From an uncultured Nitrososphaerales archaeon (lineage in GTDB: Archaea; Thermoproteota; Nitrososphaeria; Nitrososphaerales; Nitrososphaeraceae), in the NCBI GenBank assembly GCA_963695855.1, contig CAVOHZ010000010.1, positions 544,001-608,000 on the forward strand: DNA of 64,000 nucleotides. The letters run 5' to 3'. Below are positions 51,391 through 60,102 of this stretch, piece by piece. Numbering within the stretch: the stretch's first letter is position 1; each line of letters opens with the position of its first letter. A model generated the notes under the pieces. The model saw nothing but the letters and a program-made list of their open reading frames with translations, was not told the origin of the DNA and made no database searches. The position numbers and the translations under genes were made by a program.

Positions 51391-51781
51391 CATAAAAAGA
51401 TAGCAGAGACCTTGGAACAAGGCTAACGATTAATCTTACTTTTATCTAAAATTAGTATTTTATACCCATAGATTTTCTATAGTTTTGGAAAACCCCTTTT
51501 AGTTAGAAAACGAAAAAAAACAATTTGAAATACTTTATATCCTCAAATTATTATCCCCACGATAAAGAAATGAAAATTGGCGCCTAGACTAAGGTTCAGG
51601 TAATCTGATTCAATATTATTTTCTAAAATATGAAATATCGTGGGATCCTGAACATGAATAATTTCAACTATAAGAACGGACGTAGCGAAATTATCATATT
51701 AAAAAATCGCTATTGTTTGTTTTTAGTATATGTTTTTATTTTTTATTTTGTTATTCAATAAAAATAAATTTATATTAATTA

Positions 51782-52507
51782 GTGACTGTTGAAATAAACA
51801 ATAACTTGCATTATTGGTTAGGTTCACTTTGTAAAATTAACGACATCGATAATAACAGGATATTATATTTTCCAAATAACAGTGTAGCAATCTCAGATAA
51901 CATCGAAATTATAGATGATCAAGGAAACAATATTCCGGATAAATCATGGATGCTTTACCTATTAGAACTATTTAACATACAAAATCATCCGATAGAATTA
52001 AACTTGATTTGCCAGTTCGATAACAAGAACTATTTTGAAGCAATTTTTTTAGGCAAAAATAGATACAGATTTAGAGAAATTTTGCCAGTAATTGGACATT
52101 CATATCAACGTGTAATATTAATTAATAAAAACAATCACAGAATTGACTATATTCTAAAAGATAAAACAACGGATAAAATTGAAATTTTTAACTATCATTT
52201 GGATGGCATTGATTTTAATTATAAAATGTTAAATCAGTTTACAGGAATTGAGTGGTGGAATAAAACAGGATCTTTTCTATATCCGATCAGGTATCAAGTA
52301 GAATTCTCTCAGATTATGTTTGGGTATGAGAATAAACAAGACGACGAATCGATAACGTTCGTACCACATAATTCGCTGATACCAAACAAAGATGGTTTTG
52401 GAAGAGAATATCCCATTTTATTTCAAGAGGTGAAAATTAGAGATGGATGTATATCTTATATAGTAAAAAATGGCTCTTGTAAAAAAGGAATCAGATATAA
52501 TTGCTAA
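51782..52507 (+). CDS. Hypothetical protein (241 aa, beta-strand rich)
   Basis: Long ORF with GTG start; no recognised motif. Confidence 0.7.
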   Translation: MTVEINNNLHYWLGSLCKINDIDNNRILYFPNNSVAISDNIEIIDDQGNNIPDKSWMLYLLELFNIQNHPIELNLICQFDNKNYFEAIFLGKNRYRFREILPVIGHSYQRVILINKNNHRIDYILKDKTTDKIEIFNYHLDGIDFNYKMLNQFTGIEWWNKTGSFLYPIRYQVEFSQIMFGYENKQDDESITFVPHNSLIPNKDGFGREYPILFQEVKIRDGCISYIVKNGSCKKGIRYNC

Positions 52508-52699
52508 GATAACAATTCTTAAACTAGATCATGCAATTTTTCTAATTTAAAGATATAGAACGTTTTTGACACTTCCACTTAAATATCTATAAATTTGCAT
52601 TGAGAAATCAATATCGTAACAATAGTACTTAAAATACATGTTTATTATGCCGCATTTGTCTCAAGATTCTCTAATTATGTGTACATTGAAACACTGAAT

Positions 52700-53014
52700 T
52701 CATAACCAAGACCAATGAGTCAAATTTCTTATATTACATTGTTTCTTTATTACTGTTTTTGCTTTATTCGAAGCCTCATATTCATCTCCTGTTTTTTTTA
52801 AGTAGTATACGAACAATTTTTCGTAAAGTTCTTTTGCTTTTTCTTCATTAAACTCTTTATAATGTGGTTTTCTTGTATTTCCGCTTCCATCTATCGACTT
52901 TATTAGCCAATTTTCCTTCACTTCCAATCCTTTTAAAAGCAGATATTCTTTCTTACATTTTTCACATCTTTCGTCAAAAAAAGAATTATGATAAGAACAA
53001 GACTCCATATGCAA
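52700..53014 (-). CDS. Hypothetical protein with N-terminal C-x2-H-x7-C-x2-C motif
   Basis: 104-aa ORF; CSYHNSFFDERCEKC. Confidence 0.65.
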   Translation of the reverse strand: MHMESCSYHNSFFDERCEKCKKEYLLLKGLEVKENWLIKSIDGSGNTRKPHYKEFNEEKAKELYEKLFVYYLKKTGDEYEASNKAKTVIKKQCNIRNLTHWSWL

Positions 53015-53174
53015 GTACAGGAAATAACATATAAAAATATTAAGACTTATAAGATGGTTTTTATTTTACGTGGGAATCGTATTAATTATTTTATATTTGT
53101 GGATAAACATTATATCTATCAAATAATAAATATCAAATACTAAGATTTAATAGATTAAATAGAAATTATTTTAC

Positions 53175-53642
53175 TTGATGTCCGAAATCAACCAACTTTT
53201 GGTAAGACGTATAGAACAAGGAACCGTGATTGATCATATAGATCCTGGAAAGGCCTTTAATGTTCTAAAGACTCTTAATATTACTGGAAGTGATGGAAAC
53301 ATAGTTACTGTGGCATTAAATGTACCAAGCAGCAAAAGACAAAAGAAAGATATCATAAAAATTGAAAATAAATTCTTAGAGAACAGTGATACAGATAGAA
53401 TTGCTCTGATATCGCCACATGCAACAATAAATATTATAAAAAATTACAAGGTAGCCGAAAAACGCAAAATACAAGTACCAGATTATATTACTGGTATTTT
53501 TAAATGTTCTAATATTAATTGCATTACTAACGAAGAAAAAAATAGTATTCCAACTATAGTGTTATTGGATAAGACAGACATTGTATTAAAATGTAAATAT
53601 TGTTCCAGGATATTAGACATCAATGATTTGGAAGAAATATGA
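53175..53642 (+). CDS. pyrI: Aspartate carbamoyltransferase regulatory subunit
   Basis: IEQGTVIDHI, KDIIKIE, ATINII, C.N.NC..CKYC. Confidence 0.95.
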   Translation: MMSEINQLLVRRIEQGTVIDHIDPGKAFNVLKTLNITGSDGNIVTVALNVPSSKRQKKDIIKIENKFLENSDTDRIALISPHATINIIKNYKVAEKRKIQVPDYITGIFKCSNINCITNEEKNSIPTIVLLDKTDIVLKCKYCSRILDINDLEEI

Positions 53643-54143
53643 ATCATTAGTCACCATAGAAGACATTTATATAATATAACAAAGAAGAAAATAAACTACT
53701 ATTTAAGGAAAGAAAACAGAATCCGATTAAAATAAATTCATTTAACAATTTTTAAATAGGTAATTTGTGTAATAAGGACATTTTTCCAGTATTAATAATT
53801 AATAGCAATTATTAATATCACTATTCTTATAGAGCCGTTGGTAGAAGTTAAAAAATTTGGTTGAAACCTGTGTTTCTTGAAATTTGTTAAAGATAATTAA
53901 CAGAAATATTATGATCTTGCCAAATTTATCCATAATTATTGATATCAATAATAAATCAGTATTCGAATATTATTAAAATAGTGGATTTTCTTTTCTAATT
54001 TTCTTACGAAAACTTTATCAATAGTTCAACTGATTGAATAAAAGAAATTTACCAACTGCATTTTTAAATTAGGATGTCAAGTTTTTGGTAAAAGATAATG
54101 AAAAAAATACGTTAAATTTTGATGGATGTGTGCCTATTCGATT

Positions 54144-54731
54144 CTATTCTACTGAAGAATCTCCTCTGCATTCTTCGCAATTAAATATCCCGTCAGTATA
54201 TTCTAATAAATCAGACCATTCCCCACATTCATCACAATAGCCAGAAATATTACCACGAGGTAGACCTATCTCGCCTCGTAAAAGAGCCGACTTCTCAGAA
54301 ACAACATCGATTAATTCAGGAGTTACTGCAATCACATCGGAAGCAGAGATGATTCCTACGACTTTATTTTTATAAACTACTCCTAGTCTCTTGATATTGT
54401 GTTTTCTAAACATCCTAGCTGCTTCTGTAATTGTTGCCTCACCTTCGATAGTATGTAACTTCTTCATAATATCAGAAGCTTTTATTGAACTAGGCAGAAC
54501 ATCTTTAGAAAGACCCTCTGAAACTACATCCCAATCAGTTACTAATCCAACCGGATTTTTCCCGTCGAAAATTATTATACTGCCTATACTTTCTTGTTTC
54601 ATTTTTTTTGAGATTTCCTTCAAATTAGAATCAGGAGATGCGGAAATTATAGGACTGTTCATAATGTCGCGTACCAAAACCTTTGTAGGCATATTTGCAT
54701 CACGATGTTTGCTTCCTAAACGTTCATCCAC
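54144..54731 (-). CDS. CBS-pair protein with C-terminal Zn ribbon
   Basis: VRDIM, GLVT..D, GIISASD CBS motifs; GYCDECG..CEEC; start may be the internal Met (MPTKVL). Confidence 0.88.
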   Translation of the reverse strand: MDERLGSKHRDANMPTKVLVRDIMNSPIISASPDSNLKEISKKMKQESIGSIIIFDGKNPVGLVTDWDVVSEGLSKDVLPSSIKASDIMKKLHTIEGEATITEAARMFRKHNIKRLGVVYKNKVVGIISASDVIAVTPELIDVVSEKSALLRGEIGLPRGNISGYCDECGEWSDLLEYTDGIFNCEECRGDSSVE

Positions 54732-54787
54732 ACATTTTTTTTGTCATATTAGTTTAATTACTTTACTACAATTTTCAAGAATTAGAG

Positions 54788-56768
54788 TCAGATATATTTA
54801 TCTCCTTTTTCTATAGAAAATAACTTAATTTTACCTGGCGGTAATAATCTTATTATATCATCGACTGAAGTTTGTTTTAAGAATTCAACGAAGGTATCGT
54901 TCTTTTCGTTGTTAATTTTATCCAAATTCTTGATTAATTCTATCTTTATTTTTTTCGCTACGTTCATTGGATCAATTCCTCCTGGCAATAAGATAACGTA
55001 AATTATAGATTTTATCTTTACAGAATTTTGTGGTCCACACATCATATTATACGAATCTTGCTCTTTGAAAACTCCGAATGCCAACTTTAGATTTATTCCC
55101 TTTATATAATTTCTTTTTCCTTCGATCACAAACGAGCCTTTTGGAAGAAATTGTCCTGTAGGTGCACCTTTTTTTACTTGACCTGGAAATACCCAATATG
55201 CATCTGCAGTAGACAATCCTTCCCGCCATGCCCTACTAAAAGAAATTGTTGCTGTTGCTGTCTCAAGGATATTTTGATCGTCTTGTTCAATCGAATTTGA
55301 GGTAGAATTTAAATTTTTTATTAGGAAAAAAGGAGAACCATGTATCTCGGCATGAAACACAATATCCTGATCTGTCATATGTTTTCTAATTATTGCAGAA
55401 TTTGAGGATGCATCTCTACCACCTATGACTAAGAAACCTCCAGATGTTAAAAACCAGCGATATCGTTCAAACCATTCTCTTGATTTTTGTTTTTTAAATT
55501 TGAGGTTTTTTTCTGCTATTGATGTCTTTTTTTTCAGGTCATTGATTTCAGTTAATATTTTAGATCTAAGTGTATCTATTTTTTCGCCACCACGTTCCAA
55601 TTCCTTTGCGCGAGCATACAATTGTGATGAAACCTTTGGGATATTCGCTTCAAGAGGAATTTGTTCATCCATAATTTGTAAATATTTTTTCCCTTTTTGT
55701 AACAATATTTTACCAGAATATTTTTTTAGTAAACTTTCAAGGTCTAAAATGCTTGACGATGAAATTTGCATTAGTTCTAATGCCAGCTTTCTAATTGAAT
55801 TTGATTTTGCTAATACTTGTTGTTTTGCTTTATCCTGTTCGATGAGATCATGCTCAAGAATGACAACTTTTTTATCTATTTCGTGTGTAAAGATTTTTTT
55901 CCCAATATTCATTATTTCATTAGTTAATACTCGGTCTATCGCATCCATGAAAGAATTTGTAGAACAGACATTCACATCGTTCATATTGGATAACTTGCTA
56001 TGCGATGCAATAATTGGATTGTTTTCCTCATCTAAAATGATTACTGCTTCATGTTTGGTGTCATCAAGCACTTCATCAATTAAACCCTGAATATTGGTAA
56101 AAATTCTACGAAGCTCATCTTCTGATAGCTGGCGAATTTTTTTACACTGAATATTACTACGAGATAGAATTTCTTCTGAGAACTTTTTAGGAAATGAAAA
56201 AATCCTTCCTAGCCATCTTGCCACATCCAAGTTTGTGTTTCCCTCCTTTATTTCTGATATGATTTCAGAATAAGATATTTGAAATACGTCTAGACCTCGG
56301 GAAGGAGGAGGAACGTACCTCATTCCAACTCGCAATAGTCTATGACGCACCTCAAGAGGCGTCAGAATAAAGATAATATTCATTTTTTCGTCACACAAAA
56401 TAATATTTCCGTTTCCAAAAAATTCACAAATAAGTAACCTGATGTTTCCATCATAGTCACCAAATTTTATATTTATTATCCTCTCTGAATCTAATTGTTC
56501 CAAAGTCATAATTCGAGAATCGTTCCAATTCCTTTTTCATATTCTTAACAAAGTTGTTTTCTTCTAATTGTCGAAATCCTATTTTCGATATCCAAATTCC
56601 CTTGACAGATATCATTAGGATAATATCGGGATGGTCGGAATGATGCAATTTAATTGTGAACGAATCTTTTGTAATTCCTGAAATCTGACTCACATAATAC
56701 CCATCTAATAATTTATCGTTGATATGATTAACGATATAACGTAATTCGATACTAGATAATTCCAACAT
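54788..56768 (-). CDS. rqcH: Ribosome quality control Rqc2/RqcH (NFACT) protein with an apparent +1 frameshift at about 56518
   Basis: ELSSIELR N-terminus in ORF 56457-56783; Q..SERI, EFFGNGNIIL, WFERYRWF, GGRDASSN, FHAEIHG, GSFVIEG in ORF 54788-56509; removing one base gives ELERSRIMTLEQ. Confidence 0.9.
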
Positions 56769-56861
56769 CAAGTAAAATATCAAAGCTAAATATTAACTAA
56801 AAAAAAGAAAATTGCAAAAAATTACTTAAGGACCGGAAGGAATTAAACTTGGTTTTATTAA

Positions 56862-57173
56862 ATGAAAATAAATCGTTTGGAGCCAACAGACAAAATTTAT
56901 TACATGAGGGCAATTTTAGGAGTTGTTGCAGGATTAACCATAGGTGCTATAATAGCTCCTGGTACTGCACAATCAACTGTATTGGGAATAATAATTCTTA
57001 TCGGAGTACTCTTTTATTTGATTTCATATTTTACCTCAAAGAAAATGATAAATGATATTCCAAAGTCAGAAAAAAGAAAATTCATCATGAATGGAATATT
57101 TCCTTTCATTTTCCTTTTGTTATTGTTTATGATAATGATGTATACTGGCTTACATCAAAACCTAGCATCATAA
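56862..57173 (+). CDS. Three-TM small membrane protein, EMC6/Rab5ip-like
   Basis: R..LGVVAGL..G, second TM ending FYLISY, final G...FI...F.I..Y. Confidence 0.6.
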   Translation: MKINRLEPTDKIYYMRAILGVVAGLTIGAIIAPGTAQSTVLGIIILIGVLFYLISYFTSKKMINDIPKSEKRKFIMNGIFPFIFLLLLFMIMMYTGLHQNLAS

Positions 57174-57190
57174 ATAAACAGGAAAGAAAA

Positions 57191-57784
57191 ATGTTGTGGA
57201 ATTATAAAACGGCAGGGATACCTGATGAACTTTTTTCGCGAACCGAAGAAGTTCCTATTACAAAAGAAGAAGTTAGATCAATAATTATAAGCAAGCTTAG
57301 GTTAAAAGATAATTATAATGTAATCGACATTGGAAGTGGAAGTGGAAGCATAACTGTTGAACTCTGTTTACAATGCATGAGAGGAAATGTTTATGCAATT
57401 GATTTTGACCAAAAAGCAATAGATCTAACAAAAGAAAATTTAAGAAGGTTTAATGTTTATGCAAATGTCATTCATGGAAAAGCACAGGATTTACTAGATT
57501 CTCTTCCCAATGTCAATGCCATAGTAGTTGGTGGAACTACAGGAGAAACAGAAAAAATCATAAACCAAGCAATAAGTAAACTCGAAAAAAATGGTAGGCT
57601 TGTAATATCTACTATTCTAGTGGAGACGATGTTTAGAGCCATGGTAACTATGAAAGAATCAGATCTTATGAAAGATATTGATTTTACACAGATATCAATC
57701 CTAAAAGGAAGGAATACAGCTACCGGAACTATGATGTTGGCTCGAAATCCGGTCTTGATAATTTCTGCTACAAAAAAATCTTAA
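57191..57784 (+). CDS. cbiT: Cobalt-precorrin-6B C15-methyltransferase (decarboxylating)
   Basis: GIPDELF, PITKEEVR, DIGSGSGS, ARNPV. Confidence 0.93.
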   Translation: MLWNYKTAGIPDELFSRTEEVPITKEEVRSIIISKLRLKDNYNVIDIGSGSGSITVELCLQCMRGNVYAIDFDQKAIDLTKENLRRFNVYANVIHGKAQDLLDSLPNVNAIVVGGTTGETEKIINQAISKLEKNGRLVISTILVETMFRAMVTMKESDLMKDIDFTQISILKGRNTATGTMMLARNPVLIISATKKS

Positions 57785-57839
57785 AATAGACATCTGTAAT
57801 ATTTCATCATTTAAATAGCTCATTCCTCAATAACGTTCG

Positions 57840-58565
57840 ATGAAACTTTTTTGTATCGGTTGCGGTCCAGGTGATCCAGAACTATTAACATTAAAGGCTT
57901 TTAAATTGATTAGCGACGCTGAGGTAATCTTTGTTCCAACTACAAAACCTGATAAAAATAGTATTGTACTATCGATAGTTGAAAAATATATTGATAAGAA
58001 AGCAATAATAAAAAATTTAATCTTTCCAATGATAAAGGATAGAAATTCGTTAAAGGAATATTGGAAAGTCAATGCAGACGAAATCGCAAATGTCGTACGA
58101 AATGGAAAGAGAACTCTTTATCTGACTGTCGGAGACCCATCAATATACAGTACTTGGATCTATATACACAGAGAACTAAGAAGAAATCACACTGACATAG
58201 AGGTAGAAATAATTCCAGGTATTCCATCCATCTTTGCTTTTGCAGCCACAGCTAAAATGAGTTTGGTAGAAGGAGATGAAAATCTCTCCATAGTGCCAGC
58301 ATGTTATGATCTGAATAAAGTTAGAAATACTGCAAGAAGTTCCGATACAATAGTATTCCTCAAAGATGGAAGATATTTTGATAGTGTTATAGAAATGCTT
58401 TCAGAAACAGGATTTCCTGATAGCTCCAAAATAGCAATAGCTCAAGACGTATCAGTTGATGGAAACATACTTGAGATAAAAAATCTTGGAGAAATAAAAG
58501 GAAAAAAACAACCAACTCAAAAATACTTCTCTATAATGGTGGTAAAAAGAAATGATAGAGAATAA
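57840..58565 (+). CDS. cbiL: Cobalt-precorrin-2 C20-methyltransferase
   Basis: GPGDPELLTLKA, FPM, GDPSIYST, YFS. Confidence 0.92.
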   Translation: MKLFCIGCGPGDPELLTLKAFKLISDAEVIFVPTTKPDKNSIVLSIVEKYIDKKAIIKNLIFPMIKDRNSLKEYWKVNADEIANVVRNGKRTLYLTVGDPSIYSTWIYIHRELRRNHTDIEVEIIPGIPSIFAFAATAKMSLVEGDENLSIVPACYDLNKVRNTARSSDTIVFLKDGRYFDSVIEMLSETGFPDSSKIAIAQDVSVDGNILEIKNLGEIKGKKQPTQKYFSIMVVKRNDRE

Positions 58566-59331
58566 TTTTGTTTATTTTGTTGGATCTGGACCTGGTGATC
58601 CTGAATTAATTACCATAAAAGCTAAGAATATTTTAGAAAATGCAGATATAGTGATTTACTCCGGCTCTTTGTTGAACCCGGAGATTCTAAGGTATGCTAA
58701 GAAGGATGCGATGTTATATGATGCAGCATTGTTAAATAGGGAAGAAATTTTTAGAATTTTAAGAGACAATGCAAAACAAGGTAAATTGGCCATAAGATTT
58801 CATGATGGGGATCCTGGATTATTTAGTACAATAAGAGAACAAATTGATAAATTAGAAAAAGATGGATTAAGATGTAAAGTAATTCCAGGAATCACTGCTA
58901 TTCTAGGGGCAGCATCATCAATAAACTTAGAATTGACATTACCAGGAATCACTCAAACTGTAATTATAACCAGAGCAGAATTCAGAACTCCAGTTCCAGA
59001 TAGAGAAAAAATTTCGGAATTAGCTAAACACGGAGCGACAATGGTTTTTTATTTAAGTGTCCATTTAATAAAAGATGTCGTTGCTGAATTACTAAAAGGG
59101 GGAGTATATACTAGTAAGACTCCTGTTGCTATAATTTACAAGGCTACGTGGAAAGAGGAAAAAATAATTAAAGGAACTTTGCAAAATATTGCAGAAAAAA
59201 CTTTAAAGGAAAAAATAATTAAAACTGCATTAATAATTGTTGGAGACGTAATTCAACCTTCTACATACCAGTTTTCAAAGGTTTATGATTCTGGATTTAC
59301 TCATGGATATAGAAAAGGAAGAAAACAATAA
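58552..59331 (+). CDS. cbiF: Cobalt-precorrin-4 C11-methyltransferase
   Basis: GPGDPELIT, YSGSL, HDGDP, ELTLPGITQTVI, SKVYD..FTHGYR. Confidence 0.94.
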   Translation: MIENNFVYFVGSGPGDPELITIKAKNILENADIVIYSGSLLNPEILRYAKKDAMLYDAALLNREEIFRILRDNAKQGKLAIRFHDGDPGLFSTIREQIDKLEKDGLRCKVIPGITAILGAASSINLELTLPGITQTVIITRAEFRTPVPDREKISELAKHGATMVFYLSVHLIKDVVAELLKGGVYTSKTPVAIIYKATWKEEKIIKGTLQNIAEKTLKEKIIKTALIIVGDVIQPSTYQFSKVYDSGFTHGYRKGRKQ

Positions 59332-59372
59332 AATTTTTATCGTGAAGATTTAAATTTTTTATAATATTTGAA

Positions 59373-60074
59373 CTATAATTTTGTAAGATCACTGTAATTC
59401 TTAATGTATTCAATATGTTCTTTGTACAGAGGATTGAATTCTTTAACGATTTGCCAGAATTTTGGAGAGTGGTTAAACTCCTTTATATGAGCGAGTTCAT
59501 GAATTACTATATATTCAATCACATCAAGTGGAAATGCACTTAGGTACAGGTTGAAATTTAGGTTTTTTTTGGTAGAACAACTTCCCCACGTAGTAGAATT
59601 ATTCTTTATTCGTACATTATTGTAACTAATGTCCATTTTTTTACCCATTTCTGCAAGTTTTTCATGTATTATTAGACGAGTTTGTTCTTTGTACCAATTA
59701 GTTATATTTTGTTTATAATTTCTTTTTTTGATTACGTGGAATGTAATTTTTTGTAATGAATTGGAAATTATGATAGTGTCTAAATCATCTTTAACTATGT
59801 TAAGATAAAATTTTTTACCAAATAATAATAAATATCTGTCTTCGTATTTTTTTGCGTAATCAATATTATTTTTTTTATAATTATAATAATTTTTTAAAAT
59901 CCAGTTCTTATTTTCATCTAGAAATTTTTTTAAATTATATTCACTGAGCTTATTCGGAACAGTAAGAAAAAAACCTTGAATATTTGCAGTTAAAGAGATT
60001 TTAGACGCCCGTTTTGATTCTTTCTTCTTTAGATATATAATTTCTTTTTTCGAAACTATAAATGAAATCATCAT
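59373..60074 (-). CDS. YgjP/DUF45 zinc metalloprotease-like protein
   Basis: WGSCS, YIVIHELAH, NHSPKFW. Confidence 0.9.
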   Translation of the reverse strand: MMISFIVSKKEIIYLKKKESKRASKISLTANIQGFFLTVPNKLSEYNLKKFLDENKNWILKNYYNYKKNNIDYAKKYEDRYLLLFGKKFYLNIVKDDLDTIIISNSLQKITFHVIKKRNYKQNITNWYKEQTRLIIHEKLAEMGKKMDISYNNVRIKNNSTTWGSCSTKKNLNFNLYLSAFPLDVIEYIVIHELAHIKEFNHSPKFWQIVKEFNPLYKEHIEYIKNYSDLTKL

Positions 60075-60102
60075 ATAGGTAACAAAATAAGGAGTTTAAA
60101 GA

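Noticed and set aside
51569-51651. C/D box sRNA reading (ATGAAAA...CTGA)
   Set aside because: No convincing RUGAUGA C or C' boxes
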